A stretch of 248,000 nt of DNA from Octopus vulgaris. Lineage: Eukaryota. Under the pieces are notes generated by a model. It did no database searches and was not told where the DNA came from. It saw only the letters and a list, made by a program, of their open reading frames with translations. Below are positions 213,555 through 227,778 of the stretch, one piece after another. How positions within the stretch are numbered: position 1 is the stretch's first letter; each line of letters opens with the position of its first letter. Both the position numbers and the translations under genes were made by a program. The stretch covers positions 25,068,001 to 25,316,000 of the forward strand of contig OX597819.1 of assembly GCA_951406725.2 (NCBI GenBank), written 5' to 3'.

Positions 213555-214497
213555 CTCTCTCTCTCTCTCTCTCTCTCACAGAATGAAGCTCGATATTATA
213601 TGTCTATCACCGAACTCATATATCAATACCTTTCTGGCACGTCCGTTTATTAGTATTTCTTTATCTTCCGTATATATTTGCTTCTTTTGTATTTCCTCAG
213701 TTATTAATCTTTGCTTTTCCTCTTTTCATTGCGAAATAGTAAAATACTTTAAAAACGAATGATGCAGTCTTGAGATGAAATATTTCTTAATTTCTTTCTG
213801 TTTGCAACAGTGTTGGCATTTTGCCCTTTGTATATTCGTCGTCGCTTTACGCCTACATATTCCTGCGGCTCATATTATTAATGTTTGTGTGCTTCAACCT
213901 TAACATTTTAGATGTCTCTACGTCTATACCTTTATCGTTAACACATTTGAAAGATGTATCTTCAATTGATAAGTGTGAAATATTTATAAGTAGGCACATT
214001 TTCTGTCTGGACAATTTGCCTTTATCGCTCTATAAAAATTTGCCACAAAATTTATGTGCGTTTGTCATTTTCAGACTCCCTCATTGTATAATATACCTTG
214101 TATCTTCTCCGCCAATTTTGTAGAATTGCAAGAAAGAGTTCCCAAAGCACAGAACTGTCATCTCTCTTGTGTTTGTTGATATATTTCCGTTTTATTTAAC
214201 TTGAAAAGAATGTGACAAACAAACTCTTTGTTATACTTTTGTGGTCTCAAGACAACCATGGCCTTACTTTTATTATAGCATTTAAGAAAGTACCTTGGAG
214301 TGAGAGAGAGGGAGAGAGGGAGACAGAAAGAGAGAGAGAGAAAGAAAGAGAGAGAGAAAGAGAAAGCAGGAGAGTGAGGAAGAGAGAGAGAGAGAGAGAG
214401 AGAGGAAGAGAGACACTGGTTTTCTGGTATCATCGACCAATAAATAATATCTGAACTTAAATATTTGTGGTGTTTCAACTGTTATTATCCCTGCAGC

Positions 214498-214538
<41 letters not shown>

Positions 214539-214556
214539 TATTATTATTATTATTTA

Positions 214557-214587
<31 letters not shown>

Positions 214588-214904
214588 AATTATTATTATT
214601 ATTATTATTAATATTATTATTATTGTTGTTGTTGTTGTTGTTGTTGTTGTTATTGTTGTCATTGTTGTTATTGTTGTTGTTGTTGTTGTTGTTGTTATTG
214701 TTGTCATTGTTGTTATTGTTGTTGTTGTTGCTGTTCGTCAATCGATACGTGTTGCTCATCGCCGCGTAAGTTTTGCTATTATTTATATTGTTATACATTG
214801 TTTTACATTGTACATTTGTTACTGTTACTTAGTTAAACAAACCAGGGTCTTGGAGAACTGGTTAGTTCTTTCCCATTTAGGAGCTATTTTTTTTGTTGCT
214901 AAAA

Positions 214905-217900
214905 TCAAAGATGGCGAACAAAAACCGTCCATCCGCTGAAAATAACAGCGGGGTATCCGCAAGACAGAAGTGCCGAGTTGAACAAGACAGCGACTGTTTA
215001 GCAACAACAACAAGATTAACGCACGTGGAACGTATGAAAATGAATTCCCCTTACTTCTTTCTTCCCTTTTACCACCGCAGAAACAAGAGAAGAAAATCAC
215101 TAAAACATCAACAACACAAGCGAAAACACTTCCAACGCCACCGCTACCACCGTTGCCAGCAGCAGCAGCAGTAATAGTAGTGGTAGCAATATCAACAATA
215201 CGAGAGACAGTTAGGGCAGCAGCAACAGCGCTGGTAACAACAACAACAACAACAGCGATAGCAAAGGTAACAACAGCGATAGCAAAGTTATCAACAACGC
215301 CAATAACACCAGCCAAAACAATTACAACAACAGCAGCAGAAGTAGTAGGAGCTGCAGCAGCAACAACAGCAACGACAGCAACAACAACAATGCCCACGTT
215401 ACCAGCAACAACAAAAACACTTTCGCAGCGGCAGTAGCCAAAATGAGACCACAATTCAGCCTAGGTCTCACAAACAAAGATGAAATGTTTGCTCAAGTCT
215501 GGAAACTCACCAAACAAGAGCTAACCTGGGCAAATCTAACTATTCCGGCAGGAGCCATCGAAGAAGTGGAGAGAAGGGCAGTATATTTCATATGCATCTT
215601 AGGACAGAAGAAAAAAGTGGCTTTAATAGCACAAGCAGATATTGAAGCTGCGCTGAGATGTATCAGGAATGACACCGAATACATAGCGAGAAGCTGACAA
215701 TACGACACCGTTTCTATTCTTTTGTAAGTCAGAAGCCCTCGCTATGAAGCACTCAATGACTCCTTGCAAAACCATCTAGATCATAATGGGAAAAAGAACA
215801 GCTCGTGTCGCATTCCCAGGATTCCACCAGAACTTGATAAGTGGTGGGTTCTGGGATGCTTAATCGAGCAAGGGTCAGATACTGTCCCAATGGAGGTGAC
215901 AAAAACTGCCAGGTAGGACTAGTTTGGGGTTGACCTGGAGATACTTCTCCAGATCGGACCAGAAAACGCAAAAAAATCTTGGAGGGTAATACACATAATG
216001 ACTGAAGGCAAAAGATCACATTGTTTCGTTTGTGGAGAAACAACCCATTTTCGAGCTTCTGCCATCAAGTGATAAAAGGTGCAAGGGATTGAAGGTCTCC
216101 ACTGCTGCCTACGCCGAGGTAAAGACCACAACCAGCACCAGCACCCCGATCGTGAAACCTATATCGAAACTTTTAAAGTGGTTCCCCCACCACTAATTAC
216201 GGAAGTCGAACCACCCGAACTTAACGAGACACTGGAAGGTGAGTAAACCTTTCTTCTCTCTTTTTAGCTTGCGAACATGACCATATTAAGAGTAGGAAAT
216301 TTAAATGTTCGACGACTATCAGATCTTTGCATCTGTTAGTCTGCCGAGAATGGGAAATGGGGTGGCAGTGCTGTTAAGGAATGATCTGGATCTCGCGATA
216401 AGGTCGATCTTCGGGACCTTTGACGGTAAATTGGTGGACCTGGACTTGAGCAATAGTGAAGGTGGTGCCTTCAGACTGGTGGCCGTATACGCCCCTACCG
216501 GTGCCAAACGGCCGAATTTCTTTAGGCGTTTCGACGCTTTTCTGGGTACGTCTCACCCTTCACTGTTAGTGGGAGACTGGGACCGTATCTTAGACGCACG
216601 CTGGGATTGTGTGGAAATAGCTGATAGAAGCATGGGGTACAAAAGTCTCAAGTACCTGATCAGCCAGTTCCAGCTGTCTGACAAGTACCGACGAGATTTC
216701 CGTAATGCGCCAGTGTGGACCTGCACCAACCGTATCGGGTCATCTAGATCGTTTATAGTCAGGATTTTCAGTAGGAAAATAACCAGTGACTGTGTAAAAT
216801 GTTCCCATTTTAAAACGGTCGTCTATTCAGATCCAGAGTTTGTAATCTGTACGATAGGCCTAGATAAGACGCGTAGGTAAGGACCCGGTTACTGGAAGCT
216901 GAACATGTCGTTTCTGCTACGTAAGGCGTACTGGGACCGGGTCAACAATTTAGTTAAGCAAAAGTTGACAGGGGTGGGGATTGCCAACAACAAGTGGTGG
217001 GGCCTCTCAAAAGAGAGATTGAAGTAATATCGATAGGGTTTAGCAAAGAAGTGGCGTTAGAAAAATAGAAAGGGAGATGAGCTAGTAGCTAAGTTAGACG
217101 AGGCTATTTGTAGTAGCATTGCAACCAACCTGCTAGCAGCGAGAATGGCATTAGACTATTTCTTCAATGTGAAACAGGAAGTTTGCGTTGTCAGAGCTAA
217201 GGCGCGTGATCTGAGAAACGAGGGTACAAAAGCTGTTCGATGGACCCAGGTGGCAGAGGCACAGCGTGGTAAAACAACAATTCGGTTTTTGACGAACCGA
217301 GAGTGATACGGGCTGAGCGATTCCTGGCAGATGTGTGAGGCCTTACATCAGCACTTTGCTCAGTTGTTCGCGAGGAGTAGCGGGTGAGAGATGGTAGCGG
217401 ATTTCAGTCATTACATCGACGGCTTTCCACGCCTCTCGACGGCTTTCCACGCCTCTCGACGGCTTTCCACGCCTCTCGACGGCTTTCCACGCCTCTCGAC
217501 GGCTTTCCACGCCTCTCGACGGCTTTCCACACCTCTAGACGGCCGACGCCGAGCGCTGCGAAAAGCAGATAGTTTCAACCGAAATTCAAGATGCCCTTCA
217601 GGATGCCCTTTTCGGATGGTCTGCCCTATGAGCTTCACGGAAATATGCCAGACTTGTTCAATCTCCTCGAAGCGCTCTACTGCAACTGGCTGCAGAACGG
217701 GTGTGCTCCCAGTTCTGTGAGCAGGGGTGTAGTGACGCTGATAAAGAAAGACGAAAACAAGAGTGGTACACTAGATAACTTCAAGCCCATAACTCTGCTA
217801 AACACAGAGTTTAAAATTTTGGCGAAGGTGTTAGCGAAGTGGTTGGCGCTTGTCGTCAACGATTTGGTTGGGGAGGCGCAAATCTGTGCAATCCCGACCA

Positions 217901-218265
217901 AGTCCATTCGCGACAACCTCCATCTAATGCGATACATCATAGAAAGGGTAAGGTGTAAACCTGGGGCTCTGATCAATTTAGATACATCGAAAGCATTCGA
218001 TAGAGTCGACCATCTGTACCTGTAGGCTGTTATCAAAGCAGTTGGCTTCGGCCCCGTCTTCAGAGGTTGGATCGCTTGCAATGCACAGTGGCATCTGTTC
218101 AGTGGTCAAAGTTAATGGCCACCTCTCGGAGCAGTTTCAGATCTCCGGATCGGTCCGTCAAGGGTGCCCTTACACCTCCTTTCTGTACGTATTGACTCTT
218201 CAGCCTTTATTGCAGAAGCTGGTGCAGCTGCAAGGCATTCCGCTCGAACCTGGTCGCAGAAGATC
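214905..218265 (+). mobile_element. Degenerate Tx1/L1-clade LINE (ORF1 with zinc knuckle, APE endonuclease, RT)
   Basis: CFVCGETTH knuckle near 216020; GVAVLL, VAVYAP and LVGDW endonuclease motifs (216305-216880); FKPITLLNTEFKILAKVL, KAFDRVDH and VRQGCP RT motifs. Multiple stops and frameshifts. Confidence 0.85.
217418..217540. repeat. 20-bp tandem repeat inside the Tx1 LINE coding region
   Basis: (ggctttccacgcctctcgac) x5-6. Confidence 0.9.
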
Positions 218266-218893
218266 TGGCATTTCAAGGCAGTTACAATACCAGTGATTAT
218301 AGGAGCACTTGGAATGATAAAAAAATAAAGGAACTGAAAATTATTTGAGGATAATCCCTGGCTCATCGTCTATGCAGAACGTGCAAAAGATTATCGTAAC
218401 TGGTACGTCACACGTGTTAAGAAGAGCAGTCCCACTGTGAATTTTCTTTCCTTTATTTCTTCTTCATTTTCTTTGTTTTCATTTTTTTCATTGTTTCTTC
218501 CCATCTTTTTCTCTCTGTCTTTCTTTCCCTTTTTTTATCTGTCACATGACTTTGTAAAAATAAAACGATCTGGTGTCCTTATTTTAATGGCTTATCAATG
218601 TATACAGGGAATGTCTTTGTCCTAGGTGTCGGGAAGACATTTGACAAGAAATGGAAACAAAATTGAAAGAAGTGGATAATGACAATGATTTCAAATTTTT
218701 GCACAAGGCCAGCAATTTTGGGAGAGGGGATAAGTCGATATCATCAACCTCAGCATTCATCAGGTACTTATTTTATCACCCCGAAACGATGAAAAGCAAA
218801 GTCGACGGAATTGGAATTCAGAATGTAAAGACGGAATAAATGCCGCTAAGCCTTTTGTCCGGTGTGCTGACGATTCTGCTAGCTCACCGCCTT

Positions 218894-218938
<45 letters not shown>

Positions 218939-219212
218939 AATAATAATAATAACAACAATAATAATAATAATAATAATGATAATAATAATAATAATCCTTT
219001 CTACTGGAGGTGCAAGGCCTGAAATTTGTGGGATGGGGACTAGTCGATTATATCGACCTCAGTGTTTCACTGGTACTTAATTTGTCAACACAGAATGGGT
219101 GAAAGGCAAAGTCGACCTCGGCGTAGCGACGGGCGAAATACCACTAAGCAATTCGTCTAGCGCTCTAACGATTTTGCCAGCTCGCCGCTTTAATAATAAT
219201 AATAATAATAAC

Positions 219213-219268
<56 letters not shown>

Positions 219269-219330
219269 TAACAATAATGATGATGATGATGATGATAATA
219301 ATAATAACAATAATGATGATGATGATGATG

Positions 219331-219430
<100 letters not shown>

Positions 219431-219444
219431 CAACAACAATAATA

Positions 219445-222400
219445 AGCCGACTACGGCTGCTATAATGGTACGATTATAATTGTAACGGCAATGATGGCCG
219501 TCTCCCCACGAGCCAATCAAAGCTAAAAAATGATAACATTATCGTAGCACCAAAATGTTTTTGGAAACTAAAAGGAAAACTAAATCAGTATACCAAATCG
219601 CTTGTCCTATGGTTAATCTGGAAGCGCGTCCTCCAGGGAAGAGCCAGCCTGGGATCGAAAAGTCATCAACTGGCACAAACTCTTCTCCGAATACGGACAT
219701 GGATGGTCACTTGAACGGGAAATCCCCCAAATCGAGCCCTCCAAGTTCACCACCACAACCACCACAGAAAGAAAAATGTAAGCGGAACAAATGGACCCGA
219801 GAAGAGTATAAAGAAGTAATATACGCTTATTACTATGCATTAGGTAGGCCATCTCAAGAGAGACACACCGCAAACTCTTACAGTATATGGAGAACACGGA
219901 ATCAAGACAGTAGGCCCTATTTGGACGAGAACAAATTAGCAAATGTGAGGAGGGATATCTTTAGAAATAACAGACTCACAGACAGTGAAATAAGCGCGAT
220001 CAAGCACGCAACGGAAAATGACATAAATATAAGACACAAAGGAAATGAAGAAGCAAATGAACAGTATAGCCCACCACGAGGCTTAATTGAAAGACTGCCA
220101 TCTGACCAAAGTACGCAAAGGCCTGAAGATACAAGAAATTCTATTGTACCTGTTAAAGATAGCCAGGAAAACGAAAGAACAACAGTAACTGAAGATCTCG
220201 CATTTGCTGAAGAACACAGAGAGTCTATAGCAGAAATGAGGCAGAAAATCCTGAATACGCTTGAAGTTGTAAGACATACAAGTATGAATGATAGAGAACC
220301 GCTTCATAAACTCTCAAATACAAACCAAAATAAAAAACAAATCCAAATTGGCAACTATGTAACAAATGAAATAATACGAGAATTAAAACCTGATTTTACT
220401 GAGTTAAATGAAATTATTTACGCTTCTGCTAGGGCAATTGAAACCAGCTGTATGCCCCCGAAAAAACAAAGAAAACAAAACCTGGGAAGAAATCAAACTT
220501 GGAGAAGTAAAATTGAAAAAGAGATTGAATTTATGAGAGGGGAAATATCAATATTAAATGAACTAATATGTGGAAATGATGTAAGATCCAGAACAGGAAG
220601 AAAGATGAAGAGAAAATTTGGATCCTCACCAAGAGAAGAACTGATATCAATAAAAGAAACGCTGAAACAAAAAGTCCAAGCAAAAGCCCAAAGAATACGA
220701 AGATTTGAGAAGAGAAACAAGTTTTACAAGCAAAATAAGCTGTTCACATCCAATGCCAAAAAATTCTACAGAGAAATAGGGAAGGAGAAAGTAACCGTTA
220801 AAGACCCCCCTCCCATGGAAGAAGTTCAAAACTTTTGGAAAAGGATTCGGAGTGACAAGAAGACGTACAACATAAATGCAGACTGGATTATACAAACTGA
220901 AGGATCCTACCAAAATTTATAACAACAAGCATGGGAAGACATCACAATAGCAGACCTAAGAAAGGCACTCACGAAGGCCCATAATTGGAAATCCCCGGTA
221001 AAGATAGGGTGCCGAATTTCTGGCTCGCATCGCTCCCGTGCGCACACGGTAAGCTAGTTCAGCTGCTCAATGGAATTATGAGAGACCCAAAGAAAACACC
221101 TGAATGGTTAGCAAGTGGCATTACTTACCTACTCCCAAAGAATAACGAAACCAACCTTCCAAAAAACTATCGGCCTATAACCTGTCTATCCACCACGTAT
221201 AAAATCCTAACATCTATCCTGGCGGAGAAAACATATGCATTCATGGAGAAGAACGATATTTTCCCCATTGAACAAAAAGGGTGCCGCCGAGGCTCTTACG
221301 GATGCAAAGATCAACTGCTAATCAATCGTATGATCCTTGAGAACTGTCACAACAAGCGCAGAAATCTCAGCACCGCATGGATTGACTATAAAAAGGCCTT
221401 CGACAGTATACCGCATCCATGGATCTTGAGATCGCTGGACATCTTCAAAATTTCCCCTGTGATTTCAAACTTCCTGAAGCACAATATGTCGTTGTGGAAT
221501 ACGAATCTCCAATTATACCAATCTAATGGAGTACTTGCCTCAGAAAATATAAACATCAACTCTGGAATTTTTCAAGGTGACTCAATTTCACCTTTAATAT
221601 TCTGCATAGCCCTAATACCCCTTACAAGTGAATTAAACAGAACAGGGTATGGGTATAAAATTGCCAATAAAAAAATAAGCCATCTATTTTATATGGATGA
221701 CTTAAAACTTTATGGTAAAGACAATAATGAACTTGAAGGCCTATTGCGCACCGTGAAATCATTCAGCGATGACATCGGGATGGAGTTTGGACTTGAGAAG
221801 TGTGCCAAGGCCACTTTCCAGAAAGGGAAAGTGAAGACCACAAATTCAGTCGTGTTAGATGTTGACACAGTCATAAGAGAGCTTGAGCAAGAACAAACAT
221901 ACAAATATTTAGGGATAAATGAAGGCTCTGGTATTCAGCATGCAAGCATGAAAGAGAAAATCAGGAAGGAATGTTATAGGAGAGTTCGTGCAGTCCTGAA
222001 ATCTGAACTAAATGCACGTAACAAGGTGTTAGCTATAAATTCCCTAGCAGTTCCAGTTGTTACTTATAGCTACAATGTGTTGAACTGGAATATGAGTGAA
222101 GTAAAGAATATAGATAGAAAAATACGCAAGCTGCTGAGTTGTAATAGGATGCACCACCCAAAGGCAGACGTAGATCGCCTTTACCTTCCCAGAGCCCAAG
222201 GAGGTCGAGGCCTGATCCAATTTGAACTAGCTTACAAAACAACCACAATTGGACTGGCCAAATATCTCGAAATATCGAATGACTGGATGCTAAAGCTCGT
222301 GGAAAATCACGAGAGGCGAAAGAAGCTTCATTCTATCATCAAGGAAAGCAAAAAATTTGCTATTGATCTCGTGCAGGATACCCAAACTGAACAACCCGAG

Positions 222401-223410
222401 GGAAGTACGGCAACTATTGCTGCAAAGAAGGTGAAAATGATGGCAATGAAAAAAGCGCACGAGCAATTGGCTGATAGGTGGGAGGAGAAACCTCTGCACG
222501 GCAAATATGTGACCCGCAGCAAACAAGCTGATGTTGACCAGAAGCAAACCCATCAGTGGCTGCGGAGCTCAGGGCTAAAAGCAGAGAGCGAAGGTTTCAT
222601 CCTGGCTGCTCAAGACCAAAGCCTATCAACCCGGAACTACCAGGCCAATGTGATGAAAAATGGAGCAGACCCAAAATGCCGATTCTGCAACGACATGATT
222701 GAAACAGTGGACCACCTTATCTCTGGATGTAAAGTCTTAGCACCAGTGGAGTATAAATTAAGACATGACAGAGTTGGCCAATATCTCCACTGGCTAATAA
222801 GTCGGCATTACAATATCAAAACTGCCGACAAGTGGTATAATCACCACCCTGAGGCTGTAACTGAAGGAGAAAATGTAACCATTCTGTGGGACTTTCCAGT
222901 ACATACAGACCGAACCATCAAGGCCAATAAACGAGATATTGTTGTGAAAGACCAAAACAATAAAGTTTGCTTATTGATCGACATGAGCATCCCCTGTGAT
223001 CATAATATCTCAGGGAAAGAGTTTGACAAGCTCAGAAAATATAAAGACCTACTCATTGAAATTGAGAAAATGTGGCATCTCAAGGCGGTTACAATACCAG
223101 TGATCGTAGGAGCACTAGGAATGATCAAGAATGGAACCGAAAATTATATGAGAATGATCCCTGGCTTACCATCCCTGCAAGAAGTGCAAAAGATTGTCTT
223201 AACTGGTACATCACACGTATTGAGAAGAGCGTTGTCGATGTGAGAACTGTTGCTGCTCATGCATTTTAATTTAACTTAAAAAAAAAATAAAAAAAAATGA
223301 ACGAACTACTGAGTTTGGTTTAATGGCCTACCAATATACACTATGAGTTTCTTTGCCCCAGGAGTCGGGAAGACACTCGGCAAGAAATGGAAGAAAATTT
223401 GAAAGAAGAA
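219445..223410 (+). mobile_element. Near-intact R4/Dong-clade non-LTR retrotransposon (RT, CCHC knuckle, restriction-like endonuclease)
   Basis: ORFs 219555-220922 and 220985-223243 form one interrupted ORF. Motifs YRPITCL, QKGCRRGS, AWIDYKKAFDS, GIFQGDS, FYMDDLKL, CRFC...HLISGC, KRDIV...IDMSIP, IPVIVGALG. Flanked by (AAT)n on both sides. Confidence 0.9.
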
Positions 223411-223445
223411 AAAAAAAAGTAATAATAATAATAATAATAATAATA

Positions 223446-223731
223446 GAGGTAACTAGAATGTGGAATCTGAAAACAGAAACAATTCCTATCATAGTAGGTG
223501 CATTAGGCATGATAAAAAATATTCAGACAAATACATAACAAAAACACCAGGACTTACAAACACATATAACATACAGAAAATTGCACTACTAGGCACTGCA
223601 CACATCCTACGCAGAACACTTTCCATACAATAACCATCAGAGCATCACAACAAATCACAGCACATACCCAAGGCACACAGAGCTGTGCTCGGTAGTGAAG
223701 TGAAAGCACGCTATAAAAATAAAACTACTGA
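223446..223731 (+). mobile_element. 5'-truncated R4/Dong fragment of a second subfamily
   Basis: EVTRMWNLKTETIPIIVGALGMIKK...QKIALLGTAHILRRTLS then a 3' UTR, between (TAA)n arrays. A fragment of the first subfamily lies at about 218268-218430. Confidence 0.8.
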
Positions 223732-224215
223732 GTAATAATAATAATAATAATAACAATGATACCAGACTAGCTCACATGGCTGCTGATCTTAACTGATTGG
223801 AAATGTTATCATGTACATTGTTTTGTTTTGGTATAAAAGAGGGCCTACAGCAAATATTCCGCTCAATACCTCAGGTTTGCATGTCAGTTGTTTGACCGTA
223901 ACCAGTTGAGCATGTCCCTTAGTGGCTGACGATATGTGCATCTCTGATCACGAGCAGAAGTAGTGGGGGAGCATCATAGCTGTGTGTTGAAAGGAATTCT
224001 TAGAGGTTTGGATAATTCACCTTTGTAAACATGGGTGGTTCGTTCAACATCCTTGAACAATCCTTATCTTGATATGAGATCACCATATCGCGCACATATG
224101 GTTGTGATGCATGTGCCTAGAGTACCCTTATCAGACGGGTAGTTATGATGTGTATACTAGGCTTCGTATATTTTACCCCAGTGTCAATTTGATGGCATGC
224201 GCTGCTCTCTCACTC

Positions 224216-224247
<32 letters not shown>

Positions 224248-224888
224248 TAATAATAATGGTAATAATAATGATAATAATAATAATAATGATAATAATAATA
224301 ATAATGATGATAATAATAATAATAATAATATGCCCTGATGCAGTACCAGGCAGTGGCTCTCATGGCTTCTGATCTTAACTGATTGGAAGTGTTATCATGT
224401 ACATTGTTTTGTCTTGGTATAAAAGATTGGCTACAGCAAATATTCTGCTCAATACCACAGATTTGCTTGTCAGTTGTTTGACCTTAACCAGTTGAGCATG
224501 TCCCTTAGTGGCTGACGATATGTGCATCTCTGATCACGAGCAGAAGTAGTGGGGGAGCATCATAGCCATGTGTTGTTGAGAGGGATGCTTTGGGGTTTGA
224601 ATAGTTCACCTCTGGAAACATGGGTGGTTCTTTCAACATCCTTAAACAACCCTTATTCGGGGACCGTTTGAGCGGGATGGGCTACTCAACCTGAAGAAAA
224701 TTCAAACTGGGCCCCACCTGCAAGGTCATGTGCTGTTTATCTTGATATGAGATCACCATGTCGCGCACATATGGTTGTGATGCATGTGCCTGGTGTACCT
224801 TTATCAGACGGGTAGTCATGATGGGTATATTGGGCTTCGTATATTTTACCCCAGTGTCACTTTGATGGCATGAACTGCTCTCTCACTC

Positions 224889-224958
<70 letters not shown>

Positions 224959-225005
224959 TACCAAGTTACACTTTTGAAATAGCATAAGATATTTGTGTGT
225001 CTTTG

Positions 225006-225118
<113 letters not shown>

Positions 225119-225896
225119 GCACATGGCTGAAGTGCATAAAAGAATAAAAGACACACACACACATATATATATGTTTCTTTCATTCACTGATGTAATCTTC
225201 GTAATTATTATGCATTCAATTATTAGAAATTGTTTTTGGGCTGTCATTTGGAATATCGATAAACACCAGCTGCTGCTGCTGCTGCTTCCCTCATTGCTGC
225301 TGCTAGTGCTGCGGTTGTTTCTGCAGTTGCTGCCGTTGTGTTCTACGTGACAAAAATTAAAGAAAGAACAAAAAAAAAAAACAAAAAAAAGAAAAGAAAT
225401 CCAACTCTGATGACATTTCTGTTTATTGATTTCTGGTGTATAATATCAACCAGAGCAACCTCTGAAATAGCAAAATAGGAATGGTTACTGGGTTACAAGG
225501 GTTATCATCATCATCCTCATCCTCCTCATCATCATCATTATAGTAGACGCAGTCGTCGTCGTCGTTGTCGTCGTTATCACCCTCTTCATCACAGTCCTTG
225601 TCATCATCGTCTCATCAATATCATTGAAATCATCATCGTCATCATCATCATTGTCGTACATTTTCTTTCTCCCACTCCCCCTCCTCCTCCTCCTCCTCAT
225701 GATCATCACCGCGACTAGCATTGTTGTCGTCGTTGTCCTAATCATCGCCATCGCCGTCGCCGCAGCCGCCACACCCACTACCACCACCACCACTACCATC
225801 ACCACCACCACTTTCTTCTTCTTCTTCTTCTTCTTCTTCTTCTTCTCCATCATCATCATCATCATCTTCATCATCACCATCACCATCATCACCACC

Positions 225897-225962
<66 letters not shown>

Positions 225963-226789
225963 GTCATCATTATCATCATCTCCTGCTGCAGCATCGGTAC
226001 TTGCAGCAAGTTCAGCAGCCCGTCGTCGTCGTCCTTGTTATAATCATCACCATTGTCTTTATAATTGTTACAAATTCCAAAGTGTGCAACTACCACCCTT
226101 ACGATGCGCCATCCCCCACCATTACCACCACCACCACCACCACCACCATCACCACCATCACCACCACCGCCGTCAAAAGCTGTAGTACTACGATGGTCCC
226201 AAACACACTAGCAACAACATCAATCCTCATTCTCATCCTCATTCATTCCAGTTTTGGTTACTGACGTTTCGGTATCACGTTTGACATCACAGAGAAACTT
226301 GATCCCTCTCTCTTCATCCCACTTTCTCCCCCTATTCTCCCCCCTCTCTCTCTCTCACACATGCTCATACACATTATTTCATACATGCACGCAAGGAACG
226401 CACCCATTCTTCTGTCTCTTTCTCGCTCTAACATACATAAAGTTTTGTTTTGTATGTGATTGTTCCAATCATTCTTACGTACGCACACCCATCTCTCATC
226501 GATCGATTCCTCCATCCATCTACCCATCCATCCACCCATCCATCCATCCATCCATCCATCCATCCATCTACCCATCCATCCATCCATCCATCCATCCATC
226601 CATCCATACATACATACATCCATCCATCCAGTCAGCCAGCCAGTCAGCCAGTCAGCCATCAACCCATCCATCCATCCATCTACTCATCTATACATCCATC
226701 CCTCCCTTCATCCCTCCCTCCCTCCCTCTCTCCCCCATCCATCCACCCAAAGATCCATCCATTACACAATGGCATACATCCGCTCCTGT

Positions 226790-227190
226790 TGTTCAGAGTA
226801 AAGGTTGGCATCGATGGTTCGAGCCTCCAGAATGAACTCGTAGAGAATGATACCCATCATAATGCCACAAGAGACGTAGAACATCACCTCTTGTTCGAAA
226901 CATCCACGTTTGGTGGACAGTTTCCGAAAGCTGGACATTCCTTCACCACTGTTTATTCACGTTAGGATTGTGGAAAAAAATATCTCTATCGGATTATTAC
227001 ATGTTCCGATCCATGGATCATTTCCTACGCTTGCGAGGCTTCATCAACCAAGAGGACGTGGAAGATTCAGCGAAGGAGTCCTTCACCTCGAATGACAGCA
227101 ACTGGTATCAGAATGAGATCAAAGATCTGGCAGAAAGGTAACTTCAGACGGTGCAGCATGAAGGCCTCTACTTCGAAGCTAGGCTAAAGC
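226790..227190 (+). mobile_element. mariner transposase C-terminal relic
   Basis: DYYMFRSMDHFLR...WYQNEIKDLAER*LQTVQHEGLYFE. Confidence 0.7.
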
Positions 227191-227740
227191 AAATAAGTTA
227201 CCAAAATATTACAAAACTTTTGTGTCAGCACAATATTAATTATTACTGCAATAAGGAACAATAATCCTTTAATGAAAGATAATAGATAGCTGAGAATATC
227301 GATACACACACATAAACATACAAACACACAGACATACACACATACGCACACACATACATTCCCCCTTCCCCTTCCCCTCCTCTTCTCCCCTCTTCTCCCC
227401 TTTCTTTCTCCCCCCTCCCCTTACCCCCCTCTTCCCTCATCTCCTCTCTCTACACTACACCATACGACTTTACACATCACATCATATATACATACACACG
227501 TCCAGACCTCTCATACGCACTAATACTCTCTCATACACACACACACACTCTTCTCATACACACACACACACACTCTTATGTTGGAGCGAGGTCATTCAAC
227601 CCTATTATCTCCCCTAATTTCACTCTTGCGTCTCATGTTTGATCTTTGACTTCTGGCCGAAATCAGATCGCCATGTTGATTCGCTAGCCTCTGCACGCAT
227701 ATTTTTTTCTCTCCTTCTTTCTGTGTTTTTTCTCTGTGTA

Positions 227741-227778
227741 TCTTTCTGTTGAAGAGCGTAGGCTCGAAACGTTAAAGA
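227741..227778 (+). ncRNA. Hammerhead-like motif with variant core (CTGTTGA), Penelope-type
   Basis: TCTTT CTGTTGA A GAGC-GTAG-GCTC GAAA C GTT AAAGA. Near-identical copy at 245910-245947 (-, GTA triplet); degenerate copy at 109658-109698 (-). Confidence 0.5.
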
